The notes under the pieces: model-generated
The model's input: the letters and a program-made list of their open reading frames with translations, nothing else
Told to the model about the DNA's origin: nothing
The model's database searches: none
Program-made: the position numbers and the translations under genes
Source of the DNA: a phage
Length of the DNA stretch: 64,000 bases
Sequence record: OZ346167.1
Reading direction: 5' to 3' (one strand)
Shown here: positions 10,614 through 27,729 of the stretch, piece by piece
How the letters are laid out: each line of letters starts with the position of its first letter
Numbering within the stretch: position 1 is the stretch's first letter

Positions 10614-11012
10614 ATGAAAACAGAATCTAGAGTAATTAATGGTAAGAAAGTAAATATCGTTCTGCTTGGGGCAAGAGATGGTATTAAGATGTCTATGAAG
10701 TTGGGTAAGATTGTTGTCCCGACCTTTGCACAGATGCTATCAAGTCTGACTGACAAGGGTAAGAAAGAAGCTCCAATGGTTCCATTTAAAGAACTTGTTG
10801 AAGCTTGTTTTGACAGAATTGAAGAAATTAACCTTGAAGAGATGGCTACCCTGCTGTTTCAAGGGGCAACTGTTGATGACTTCCCACTTAATATTGATAC
10901 GTACTTCCAAGCAAACTACGGTGAGTTTATTGATTACTTAGCATTTGCGCTGGAGGCAAACTTCGGAAGTTTTTTCGAAGCAAGCATTTTCAAAAGCCTA
11001 ACTTCTCAGTAA
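10614..11012 (+). CDS. tail assembly chaperone candidate
   Basis: 132-aa ORF between tube and tape measure genes. Confidence 0.4.
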   Translation: MKTESRVINGKKVNIVLLGARDGIKMSMKLGKIVVPTFAQMLSSLTDKGKKEAPMVPFKELVEACFDRIEEINLEEMATLLFQGATVDDFPLNIDTYFQANYGEFIDYLAFALEANFGSFFEASIFKSLTSQ

Positions 11013-11014
11013 AC

Positions 11015-11253
11015 ATGGGTAACACTCTACAGACACCACTAACTGATGCTGCTGTAGAGGCAACCTATGAAGAAGCAGACGAGATGAAATTTGTGCTTGC
11101 TATTTATGGTATGGAAGGGTGTAAAGAAACACTTGACCAACTCTTTGCTATGACATTCTCTGATTTATTATCATTGAGACAATTTCTTGAGATTCAGAGG
11201 TCGTATAAAGAGGAAATTGCTTACAACGAACTTAGAAGAGCAGGAAAAATGTA

Positions 11254-11254
<1 letters not shown>
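11015..11254 (+). CDS. tail assembly protein candidate
   Basis: 79-aa acidic ORF immediately upstream of tape measure gene. Confidence 0.35.
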
Positions 11255-19270
<8,016 letters not shown>

Positions 19271-19272
19271 TA

Positions 19273-20421
19273 ATGGCAGTAGGTGAAATTCAAATTAGTG
19301 CCTTGCCTCAAGCAGCCTTACCAATTGACCTTAGTGATATCTTCCATCTTAAACAGGGTATCGAGGATAAGAGATGCACTCTTGAGCAATTACTTGCTCC
19401 ACACTCAAGCCTAAGAAATAACCCTCATGGTGTTACTAAGACACAAATTGGTTTAGATAACGTTATTAATGCTCTCCAGTTAGTTGCTGAAAATAACTTA
19501 TCAGACATTGTTAATGTAGCTGAGGCAAGAGCAAATCTACAGATTATGTCTTCAGAAGAGGTTAATAATCTTATTCAACAACATATTGATGATAAGAGCA
19601 ACCCACACAATACCACTAAGGCACAGGTTGGGTTAAGTAATGTTCAGAACTGGGTGACATCTAACCTTTATAACGAGGATGCAGATAAGTATGCTACAGC
19701 AAGAGCAGTAAATAACTTGTACAAGGCTGTTCAGGCTTCTTATCCAGTAGGTACTATCCATCTCTCTATGAATCCTGCAAACCCTTCTACATATTTAATT
19801 TGTGGAGGTACTTGGGAGTTAGTTTCAAAAGGAAGAGCACTTGTAGGTTATGATAGTGCTTCTAGGCCAGTTGGCTCAACGTTTGGTTCGCAGACTACTG
19901 CACTGACAGTTAACAACATTCCTGCACATACTCACTCAGTATACGTCACTGGTGGTGGTCACACACACGGTGCAACGGCCTCTGTCAGTGCTTTTGACTA
20001 CGGTACTAAAGGGACTACAACGTTTGACTATGGAACAAAGACTGTATCTACTTATGACTATGGTAACAGAACAACCAGTGCTGCTGGTTTAACACAAACA
20101 ACATTCATTAATCGTGGTTATGCTGATGGTGGTTGGAGAGGTTTATCAGTTGAGGGGGCAAGCTATGACCCAAGAGCTACGCTGACAACAGCTAACAACC
20201 ACACTCACTCTGTAGCAATTGGTGCGCATAATCACACAGTTGTTATTGGTGCTCACAGTCATTCTGTTGCAATTGGCTCCCACAACCACTCAGCAACAGT
20301 AACAGTAACCGGAGCAGGTGAGCATTCGCACTCTGGCACAACTGGCACAACTGGTTCTGGTCAAGCATTTAGCGTTGAACAGCCATCCTTCGTATTGTAT
20401 GTATGGCAGAGAACAGCTTAA
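19273..20421 (+). CDS. tail fibre protein (short) with C-terminal His-box repeats
   Basis: 382 aa; C-terminal repeats of HTHS/GAHNHT/GAHSHSV type and a C-terminal tail (SGQAFSVEQP...WQRTA) shared with the next gene. Confidence 0.6.
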   Translation: MAVGEIQISALPQAALPIDLSDIFHLKQGIEDKRCTLEQLLAPHSSLRNNPHGVTKTQIGLDNVINALQLVAENNLSDIVNVAEARANLQIMSSEEVNNLIQQHIDDKSNPHNTTKAQVGLSNVQNWVTSNLYNEDADKYATARAVNNLYKAVQASYPVGTIHLSMNPANPSTYLICGGTWELVSKGRALVGYDSASRPVGSTFGSQTTALTVNNIPAHTHSVYVTGGGHTHGATASVSAFDYGTKGTTTFDYGTKTVSTYDYGNRTTSAAGLTQTTFINRGYADGGWRGLSVEGASYDPRATLTTANNHTHSVAIGAHNHTVVIGAHSHSVAIGSHNHSATVTVTGAGEHSHSGTTGTTGSGQAFSVEQPSFVLYVWQRTA

Positions 20422-20424
20422 TTT

Positions 20425-20452
20425 CTTTACAGGGGCTGTATAGCCCCTTTTA
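20425..20452 (+). promoter_or_regulatory. terminator-like hairpin embedded in TTTACA promoter-like context
   Basis: TTTACA then GGGGCTGTATAGCCCC hairpin then TTTTAAG; same TTTACA-GGGGC...GCCCC architecture as the cassettes at 61525-63011. Confidence 0.45.
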
Positions 20453-20467
20453 AGAGGAAAATTTATA

Positions 20468-22819
20468 ATGGCAGATTACAAGTTGAGTGAATTAAACTCA
20501 ATTGATACAATTCGTTCAGACGACCTCCTTCATATCAGGGTTAAAAAGAGACCTGAAATGCTGGGTGATGAAGACCGTCGAATGACCTATCAAGACTTCT
20601 TAGCGTCTTTTAAACTAGAAAGATTTGTCCAGATTGCTGGTAGCAGCATGACGGGTGACTTAGGAATTGTCAAGTTACTTTATGGTGGTAAGGCAGTATT
20701 TGACCCTACAGGTTCTTCTGAGATTACTATGGGGGATGTTTTAAAGGCTTTTAAAATCAATGCAAATGGTCTTAAACTAACTATTGCAGATGCTTCAAGG
20801 TCTGCAACTGTTTATCATACTCTTAATAAGCCAAGTCCTAATGAACTTGGGATGAGAACTAATGAAGAGAATGATGCAAGATATGCAAGACTTGCTGTTA
20901 CAAACTCATTCCAAGCTAAACAGAGTGTCGTAGCAAATGGTGAGCAGTTGACACTGAAGACCCCTGCGGGTGCAAGTGAGGCATACTCTGCTATTGTAGG
21001 TCGAAATGCCAATAATGATAAAACTTGGGCTGTTGGGAATCTAACTCAAGGAAGTCTTGATGTTCATCTCGAAAACAGCAGAGGTTCAAGAATCACTCTA
21101 GGTGCAATTGTGTCTGTTAATAAGGCTCTTGCTATTACTGGACAGGTTCAACCTTCTGACTTCTCTAACTTAGATGCTAGATACTTTACTCAGACAGCAG
21201 CTAATCAGAGATTTGCGCAGCTAGTTGGTAATAACACATTCAGTGGTTTAAACACATTCAACCAACTAAGTGTTTTCAAAAAAGATGGTGAAGCAATTAG
21301 GCTACAGAATGCCAATGCTGCACAACCATTGTACATTAAGGCGATTGATAGCACAGGTGTCAACAGATGGTACATTGGTAATAGTAACGAAGGTGATAAC
21401 GTAGCTCTAGAAAACTACAAAACTAGTGGCAAGATTACTGTAGGGACAAGTGTTAATATCAATAAAACACTAACTGTAACTGGTCAAGTTCAACCTTCTG
21501 ACTGGACTAACATTGACTCTCGTTATGTTCTTATCGGTTCATACGCAAATCTTGCTAAGAAGAATGAAGCTAACACATTCACTTTACAGCAGAATATTCA
21601 ATCTGATGGTGAAGCATTAAGAATCTACAGCAAGGCTCAGAATAATTCTTCTTACATTGTTGGTAAGAATACTGATAACACAAATAAGTGGTTTATCGGT
21701 TGTGGTACTAATGGTTCTGGTACGGCATCATTCCATAACTACTTGACTGGTGCAAGACTCGATTTAGCTGACGAAATTCTTCTGTCTAAATCTCTACAGA
21801 TTACTGGACAGGTAAAACCTTCTGATTGGTCTAACTTAGATGCTAGATACTTCACTCAGTCAGCAGCTAATCAGAGATTCATGGTTGCAGGTTCTACAGG
21901 AGAAGCTACAGAGCAGAATGCAGATGGTGTGGCATGGAACGCTAAAACAGGCTTATATAATGTAACATCACCAAATGGTGATTACACATCACTTGTATTT
22001 CAAATGTATCAGGGAGTGTCCTCTTCTACTGCCTGTGCGCAACTAAAGTTCCAGTATAAAAATGGTGGGATGTGGTACAGAACATCTGTAGACAGTAAAG
22101 GTTTTGAGGCTAAGTGGTCTAAGGTTTACACAGAGGCTCAGAAACCAACCCCTTCAGAGCTTGGTGCATACACTAAAGCTGAAACTGACCAGAAGATTGC
22201 ACAGGCAGTAAGTGACTCTACAGACCTTAACAAAATCTACCCAGTAGGCATTGTAACGTGGTTTAACAGTAATGTTGACCCTAATACAGCACTGCCTGGC
22301 CTAACTTGGACGTATCTGAAGAATGGTGTTGGTAGGACTATTAGAATTGCAGCAGCAAATGGTTCAGATGTTGCTACAACTGGTGGTTCAGATTCTGTAA
22401 CGTTAGCTGTTGGGAACTTGCCTTCACACACTCACAGTTTTTCTGCTACCACTTCATCTTTTGACTACGGAACAAAAAACACTAACACGACTGGTGCTCA
22501 CACTCACTCTGTAAGTGGCTCTACTTCATCTGCTGGTAACCACAACCATTCCATTTCGTGGATTGGTCAGAACTCTACACACTACTCTGGTGGTGGTGGT
22601 GGTAGTATTGGTGTAGGACCGGGTTACACCGATGCTAACGGTGCTCACACCCACTCCGTAAGTGGTACTGCCGCTTCTGCTGGTAACCATGCTCACAGTG
22701 TTGGTATTGGTGCTCACAGTCATACAGTAAGTGGTAACACTGGTGGTACAGGTTCTGGTTCAGCATTTAGTGTTACTAACCAGTTCTACAAGTTAATGGC
22801 TTGGGTGAGAACTGCTTAA
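20468..22819 (+). CDS. tail fibre protein (long) with internal repeats and C-terminal His-box repeats
   Basis: 783 aa; three internal ITGQVQPSD(W/F)(S/T)N(L/I)D(A/S)RY repeats; C-terminal GAHTHSVSG / GNHNHS / GAHSHTVSG repeats; C-terminus GSGSAFSV...WVRTA parallels previous gene. Confidence 0.65.
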   Translation: MADYKLSELNSIDTIRSDDLLHIRVKKRPEMLGDEDRRMTYQDFLASFKLERFVQIAGSSMTGDLGIVKLLYGGKAVFDPTGSSEITMGDVLKAFKINANGLKLTIADASRSATVYHTLNKPSPNELGMRTNEENDARYARLAVTNSFQAKQSVVANGEQLTLKTPAGASEAYSAIVGRNANNDKTWAVGNLTQGSLDVHLENSRGSRITLGAIVSVNKALAITGQVQPSDFSNLDARYFTQTAANQRFAQLVGNNTFSGLNTFNQLSVFKKDGEAIRLQNANAAQPLYIKAIDSTGVNRWYIGNSNEGDNVALENYKTSGKITVGTSVNINKTLTVTGQVQPSDWTNIDSRYVLIGSYANLAKKNEANTFTLQQNIQSDGEALRIYSKAQNNSSYIVGKNTDNTNKWFIGCGTNGSGTASFHNYLTGARLDLADEILLSKSLQITGQVKPSDWSNLDARYFTQSAANQRFMVAGSTGEATEQNADGVAWNAKTGLYNVTSPNGDYTSLVFQMYQGVSSSTACAQLKFQYKNGGMWYRTSVDSKGFEAKWSKVYTEAQKPTPSELGAYTKAETDQKIAQAVSDSTDLNKIYPVGIVTWFNSNVDPNTALPGLTWTYLKNGVGRTIRIAAANGSDVATTGGSDSVTLAVGNLPSHTHSFSATTSSFDYGTKNTNTTGAHTHSVSGSTSSAGNHNHSISWIGQNSTHYSGGGGGSIGVGPGYTDANGAHTHSVSGTAASAGNHAHSVGIGAHSHTVSGNTGGTGSGSAFSVTNQFYKLMAWVRTA

Positions 22820-22826
22820 TCCCTTG

Positions 22827-22855
22827 TTGACTGATTGTTAAGATGGTGTTAATAT
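22827..22855 (+). promoter_or_regulatory. sigma70-like promoter with overlapping inverted repeat
   Basis: TTGACT-17 nt-TAATAT; 9-bp inverted repeat AAGATGGTG (22840-22848) / CACCATCTT (22873-22881) brackets the -10. Confidence 0.5.
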
Positions 22856-22898
22856 TCTTTATGGGTATTCTCACCATCTTGGCTGATGAGGTGATTAA

Positions 22899-23093
22899 AT
22901 GCCTACAATCCTAGCAATTCTTCTAAAAAATCTAGGTAGCTTCTTCTGGAAACTCATTTTATCCCTTCTAAGTGAATACATGATTGAGAAAGTGTTCTTT
23001 AAGCTTGCAAGATACCTTGCGAGTAAGACAGACACACCTATTGATGATGAGTTCGTAGATAACTTAGAAAAAGCTTTTAAGGGGGAGAAATAA
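22899..23093 (+). CDS. small membrane protein (holin-like candidate)
   Basis: 64 aa with one hydrophobic helix (FFWKLILSLL) and charged C-terminus. Confidence 0.3.
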   Translation: MPTILAILLKNLGSFFWKLILSLLSEYMIEKVFFKLARYLASKTDTPIDDEFVDNLEKAFKGEK

Positions 23094-23465
23094 ATGAAGT
23101 GGCTAGAGGAAGCTTTTAAAAATAATATTGGTGCAATTGTAGTTGGTATTTTTAGTGTTATTGGGATGTATACCACTATGCAAGTTTCAAGTGGTAAGCA
23201 AGAAGTGTCTGTCACAACAAAGTTACAGCAGCTAGATAATTATTCCAAAAGTAACTATTCAGCTATTCGTGAATTACAGTCTGACATGAGACTGATTCAG
23301 CTAGGGATGGAGAACCAGAAAGTTCAGTTAGAGAATGTTAAGGGTGAAAACGCAAAACTTACCAAAACTCTTGATAAATTCTCTGACAGTGTGAATAATC
23401 TGGCTCAATCAGTATCAGCCCTCCAAGCTATTACTGAGAAGAACACAAAGAATACTGAAAAATAA
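23094..23465 (+). CDS. membrane-anchored coiled-coil protein
   Basis: 123 aa; N-terminal hydrophobic segment IGAIVVGIFSVIGMY then coiled-coil-like region. Confidence 0.3.
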   Translation: MKWLEEAFKNNIGAIVVGIFSVIGMYTTMQVSSGKQEVSVTTKLQQLDNYSKSNYSAIRELQSDMRLIQLGMENQKVQLENVKGENAKLTKTLDKFSDSVNNLAQSVSALQAITEKNTKNTEK

Positions 23466-23473
23466 AATTTTAA

Positions 23474-23500
23474 GGCTCCTTTTGACGGGAGCCTTTTTTG
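23474..23500. terminator. bidirectional rho-independent terminator between convergent gene blocks
   Basis: GGCTCC-TTTGAC-GGGAGCC hairpin with A-run before and T-run after. Confidence 0.6.
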
Positions 23501-23503
23501 TTT

Positions 23504-24403
23504 TTACTTACCTACTGACAAAGGTGCTTCAATCTTTCCTGCATGTTTGTAGTTGTTGATGCCACCAATAAAGTCACTTGCAGTAAGATGTTTTAAGTCA
23601 CTTAAAGTGTTAAGTGGTACACCAATCTCAAAAGTAGGTGCATGGAACTCTTCGTTGTTCATCAGTTCATAAACCTGCTTCATATGATTCTGATAAACCT
23701 GAGTATCCCCAAAGACACCTATCAAGTATCGTGGAGTGTATCCAGTCATCTTACAAAGAACTTCCAGAATAAAACCGTAAGATGCAATATTAAACGGAAG
23801 TCCTAAAAAGGTGTCTACAGAACGCTGATACCATTGCAAATCTACTTCACCTTCGTTAGTGATATAAATCTGAAACAGAACATGACAAGGTGCTAAAGCC
23901 ATCGAGTTTGCTGCAATATCTGCTGCATTCCAAGCATTAACAATCATGTAGCGGTCTGTGATATCACCCTTCATCTTCGTTACTAAGGTCTCTAACTGGT
24001 CTACAACACAACCATTATGACCTTCAAAGTTTCTCCACTGAACCCCGTAGATTCTCCCACCTGCATCTTCTAACCAATCTTGTTCAGAGGAATAGTTAGA
24101 GCTTAACCAGCGTTTAAAATCATCTGACCAGATAGTCCAGCGTTCTCCATCATTTTCACCCCAAGTACGGTAACGGAGTTCACCAAGTTTATTTTCACCA
24201 TTCAGGAACCATAAAGCTTCCCCGATAACTTGCCGTGTAAACACCTGTTTAGATGTTAAGAGTGGGAAACCAGTTCGCATATCAAAACGAAACTGAGGTG
24301 GAGCAAATGCAGAGATAACATCTCCAGTTCGTGTAGTACGCAGTTCACCAACGGATAAAACATGGTTCAGGATATTTTTGTAACTTGAATCTGCTTGTGA
24401 CAT
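23504..24403 (-). CDS. thyA: thymidylate synthase (ThyA family)
   Basis: LWFLNGENK, MALAPCH (catalytic Cys), QWYQRSVDTFLGLPFNIASY motifs; Asn retained in PFNIASY indicates a dUMP substrate; adjacent DHFR. Confidence 0.85.
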   Translation of the reverse strand: MSQADSSYKNILNHVLSVGELRTTRTGDVISAFAPPQFRFDMRTGFPLLTSKQVFTRQVIGEALWFLNGENKLGELRYRTWGENDGERWTIWSDDFKRWLSSNYSSEQDWLEDAGGRIYGVQWRNFEGHNGCVVDQLETLVTKMKGDITDRYMIVNAWNAADIAANSMALAPCHVLFQIYITNEGEVDLQWYQRSVDTFLGLPFNIASYGFILEVLCKMTGYTPRYLIGVFGDTQVYQNHMKQVYELMNNEEFHAPTFEIGVPLNTLSDLKHLTASDFIGGINNYKHAGKIEAPLSVGK

Positions 24404-24404
24404 A

Positions 24405-24950
24405 TCAAAAGTGTCCTTTTACTTGTGGAACATAAATTTCAAAAGTTGCTTTACCATCCTCTGATGGTTTTGACTGTACCTTTGTAAATACACGGTTATC
24501 ATACAGCTTCTCAAAGAAGTTTTCAAAAGGTAAATACACAGTGGCCTCTTCAGTAACTTTATGGAAAACTGTATGGAAAACTACACCAGCATATGGTAAA
24601 GCATTGACAAGGACACCTGCACCACCAATTACAAAGACATCTTCATCAATAGAGCTATCAAGATACTTCAAAAATGCTCCAAAGGATTCTTTGCTGGCCT
24701 TAGCATACATTACATCATCTTTGCCAAAATCTATGCCTAAATATGGTACAGAATTTGTTAAGATTAGGTTTGCACGTTCTGGTAGAGGTTTACTACCCAG
24801 AGTCTTAAAAGTCTCATTACCCATGACTACTAAGTTATTTTTAGTGAGTCTCTTAAACTCTTGCATGTCCTGTTTATGTCGAGGCCACGGCATACCAGTC
24901 GGTGTACCAAATTCACCGTTTTCACCACTTGCAAATATTAGTTTAATCAT
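24405..24950 (-). CDS. frd: dihydrofolate reductase
   Basis: MPWP, LVVMGNETFKTLG, PLPERANLIL, VIGGAGV motifs matching DHFR; immediately upstream of thyA. Confidence 0.8.
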   Translation of the reverse strand: MIKLIFASGENGEFGTPTGMPWPRHKQDMQEFKRLTKNNLVVMGNETFKTLGSKPLPERANLILTNSVPYLGIDFGKDDVMYAKASKESFGAFLKYLDSSIDEDVFVIGGAGVLVNALPYAGVVFHTVFHKVTEEATVYLPFENFFEKLYDNRVFTKVQSKPSEDGKATFEIYVPQVKGHF

Positions 24951-25207
24951 TTTGTAAACCCTTTCTTAATGAACCAGTTGATGACACTCTTCACAAATTT
25001 ACTACGATGGTAGATAAAATGTGGAGAGGGTTGGTATGAACCATAAGCCCAGAAAGCGATAATTTCATTACACCCTGTGCATCGGGTACTTTCTTCAGCA
25101 ATATGACCATTGACTATTTCACTTACCTCACCTTGTAAGTCTGTACACCCACAATGTGGACAACGGATAGGTGTTCCATCAGACTCATAGCAGTGTTCAA
25201 TTTTCAT
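24947..25207 (-). CDS. zinc-ribbon protein
   Basis: 86 aa with CPHCGC...CTGC cysteine pairs. Confidence 0.4.
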   Translation of the reverse strand: MKIEHCYESDGTPIRCPHCGCTDLQGEVSEIVNGHIAEESTRCTGCNEIIAFWAYGSYQPSPHFIYHRSKFVKSVINWFIKKGFTK

Positions 25208-25723
25208 CTATTTAACCTCAAAAACTGGCTCAAGAACCAATATAAAGTCTACACAGTCATCTTCTTCATCCAGAATACCATCAAAGTTCTTAGGAACGAA
25301 GTCGAAGAGGCTCATAACAAAACAGTCAGAAGTGACCCTGATAGTTCCTCCCATGTTCTCTACAGTTAACACTGTACGACTTTCTTTTACCTCCCTCAGA
25401 AGATTACTCACAAAGTCATCTAAGAAGTACTTCATCAATGACTTGAAACCTTTAGGGTAATCTGTACCAGAGTATGTTTCAATCTGTGGTACAAGCTTAA
25501 CATTTATACTAGTCTTTGTTAAGAACGTTTTAGAGAACATACTATCAGGTAACTTACAAATAGTCTTTCCAGTACCTTCATGTTCAATCTCAACAAAACC
25601 AGCTTCATCGCCACACGTAACTATTTTAAAAGATGCTTCATTTTCATACTGTGAAGCCATAAACTTTTTAAGCATCTCTTTAAGGAAGTCTGCATGAGCA
25701 TCTTGTAAGAAGATATCAATCAT
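25208..25723 (-). CDS. hypothetical protein
   Basis: 171-aa ORF in tightly packed minus-strand cluster. Confidence 0.4.
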   Translation of the reverse strand: MIDIFLQDAHADFLKEMLKKFMASQYENEASFKIVTCGDEAGFVEIEHEGTGKTICKLPDSMFSKTFLTKTSINVKLVPQIETYSGTDYPKGFKSLMKYFLDDFVSNLLREVKESRTVLTVENMGGTIRVTSDCFVMSLFDFVPKNFDGILDEEDDCVDFILVLEPVFEVK

Positions 25724-25736
25724 AGTTAATCACCTA

Positions 25737-26096
25737 TTATGGGAACAAGCACTTAATGTCGTCGTTTTTGAAAACAAAGCTTGTGTAGTTATGACCGTCA
25801 ACATCCAGCCAAACAGCCTGAACATCTACACCATCAAGATTCTGGTAAAGCTCTTTGATGAAGTAGTCTTTCACAATCTGACTGCTAGTTGTTTCCAGCT
25901 TAATGTTCGAGATTGCTGAACCTACAGCCATATAGCCCATGACACGTTTCTTCTCAGTATGCTTAATCTTACCATCTTTGTAAGCCATAATGAGATTGGA
26001 AAGAATCTTTACACCATAATACTTTTCAAGGTGAGTAGGTACACCATAAAAGCCTAATGCGAAGTTTTCAGAGTGGATAATGTTTTCACGTTTCAT
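25737..26096 (-). CDS. hypothetical protein
   Basis: 119-aa ORF. Confidence 0.4.
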   Translation of the reverse strand: MKRENIIHSENFALGFYGVPTHLEKYYGVKILSNLIMAYKDGKIKHTEKKRVMGYMAVGSAISNIKLETTSSQIVKDYFIKELYQNLDGVDVQAVWLDVDGHNYTSFVFKNDDIKCLFP

Positions 26097-26097
26097 A

Positions 26098-26427
26098 TTA
26101 GTCTGCCAACCTTAAATTGAAATTAACACCAAATTTTTCACATACTTCCAACATATACTCAAGTGAAACATTCCCAGTGAGGTGGATTATGTTGGATACA
26201 CGAGCTTGAGAGATACCACAAATTTTAGCAACTTGCTCTTGAGAAAGACCTCTGGATTTAATCTCTCTCTTAAAACGATGTGCAACGAAGTCTCTCATTT
26301 CGTCTACATCCATTGGACAAATATAACTCTCCATTTCAGCCTCTCTATCAGCCTCCCAATCATCTTGTGGAGCATAAGGGTCAAAAACCTCATTCATCTT
26401 TCTTCTTCCGTTTGCGTGAAGTGTCAA
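26098..26427 (-). CDS. XRE-family helix-turn-helix transcriptional regulator
   Basis: C-terminal GLSQEQVAKICGISQARVSNI helix-turn-helix. Confidence 0.55.
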   Translation of the reverse strand: MTLHANGRRKMNEVFDPYAPQDDWEADREAEMESYICPMDVDEMRDFVAHRFKREIKSRGLSQEQVAKICGISQARVSNIIHLTGNVSLEYMLEVCEKFGVNFNLRLAD

Positions 26428-26602
26428 TCAATGAATCTATGTTTGTAGCCCTAACCTTTTCGCGTTCATCGTTAAAATAATCGTCAAGAGCCTTTTCAAT
26501 CTGTGAATCATCTTGACAGATAACTGTAAAGACTGTAAAGCCGTCTGTATCATCAATTATCTTACCATAGCCGCTTCTGGGATGTAACTTTTTAAGAGCC
26601 AT
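26390..26602 (-). CDS. hypothetical protein
   Basis: 70-aa ORF overlapping start of regulator gene. Confidence 0.3.
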   Translation of the reverse strand: MALKKLHPRSGYGKIIDDTDGFTVFTVICQDDSQIEKALDDYFNDEREKVRATNIDSLIDTSRKRKKKDE

Positions 26603-26603
26603 A

Positions 26604-26987
26604 TCAAATACCTGTGCAGCTTCTGTTTTCTAAGAAATACTCAACACCATACATAGCTTTTTGCATCAAATCCTCTTTAAACTGGATACGATGATTTAGC
26701 ATAGCCTGTACATCAATATTATCAGGGTGCTTCTCTTTAATGTTTGCAGATTGCAAGAAGTACTCTGCAAGAACACGATACTGATAGTCAGTTACTTTAT
26801 CAGTCATCTCTGTCAAAGACTCTTCAGAGATTGGTTTAAGTAGCTCACCATTAGCTAGAGCAACACCTTTTACAATCTGGCAAGTATCCTCTGGAACACC
26901 TGATAAGTCCACATTTGGAAGTTCTGTTGCATTGACTGGTAAATTCATTGCCATAACCATTGCAGCAGCTAATAAAATCTTTTTCAT
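26604..26987 (-). CDS. secreted/periplasmic protein (signal peptide)
   Basis: N-terminus MKKILLAAAMVMAMNLPVNA is signal-peptide-like. Confidence 0.45.
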   Translation of the reverse strand: MKKILLAAAMVMAMNLPVNATELPNVDLSGVPEDTCQIVKGVALANGELLKPISEESLTEMTDKVTDYQYRVLAEYFLQSANIKEKHPDNIDVQAMLNHRIQFKEDLMQKAMYGVEYFLENRSCTGI

Positions 26988-27031
26988 AATGACCTCAAAG
27001 TTATATTAAATTTTGTATTACATTGAGTATA

Positions 27032-27060
27032 AAAATAAGCTATAACACCTGACTTGTCAA
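27032..27060 (-). promoter_or_regulatory. sigma70-like promoter for secreted-protein gene
   Basis: on minus strand TTGACA-17 nt-TATTTT about 45 nt upstream of start at 26987. Confidence 0.4.
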
Positions 27061-27099
27061 CAGATTTTATAGCTTATTTGGCAGATTTTTTATAAGGCT

Positions 27100-27530
27100 A
27101 CTGCCATCCTTCCATACATTACCTTACCTCACCTGACCTGACCCTACCTAACATTACCGTGCCACACCTCACTTAAAAACCCTCTTAAAAGACTCTTAAG
27201 TGATGTAATCGAATTTTAATGTAGCTCCGATTAACTACCCATACCTTGCATTACTTCACCAAACCGTACATTACTTCACCAAACCATACATTACCAGACC
27301 ATGCCACACCTGTCCAAACTCAACCTCATTAAAAGACCCTGTTTAAAGACCTTTTAAAAAGGTAAGTCTCATTTTAATGTAGCTGAGACTAACTACCCAT
27401 ACCATACCTTACACCGCCGTACCACACCGAACATCACCAAACCATACCAAGCCAGAGCCTACTGTACCATACCGAACATCACTTAAAAACCCTTTTCAAA
27501 GACTCTTAAGTGATGCTGGTGAGTACCCGT
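27100..27530. repeat. non-coding G-depleted (A/C/T-rich) repeat region with conserved hairpin elements
   Basis: three A/C-rich tracts; inverted-repeat element TCACTTAA...TTAAGTGA at 27169-27204 and 27479-27514; two hairpins (27207-27232, 27365-27390) with identical loop ATTTTAATGTAGCT and different but complementary stems, each followed by TAACTACCCATACC. Confidence 0.6.
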
Positions 27531-27729
27531 TGGTTTATGATGCTCAGTATACTCACCAAATTTTCTATGTCAACAACTTTTATAAAAAAGTTCTGATAGC
27601 TATATGCGTCACGAAACAAAAGATTGTAAACAAGACACCCATTGCAAAAGATGTGTCCAAAAGCTTACTTGCAACGTATGACAATACAAAGACAACCAGT
27701 ATAAACAAAATGACTGTACTGAACATAGT

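Noticed and set aside
23504-24403. Possibility that the ThyA-family gene is a dCMP or dUMP hydroxymethylase (modified-base pathway)
   Set aside because: The pyrimidine-discriminating residue in PFNIASY is Asn (dUMP-type), not the Asp of dCMP hydroxymethylases, and a DHFR gene is immediately adjacent as expected for a true thymidylate synthase. dUMP hydroxymethylase cannot be fully excluded from sequence alone.
27100-27530. tRNA gene cluster or CRISPR array in the non-coding repeat region
   Set aside because: No cloverleaf-compatible sequences or T-loop consensus found; repeats are not short and regularly spaced with unique spacers; G-depletion is incompatible with typical tRNAs.
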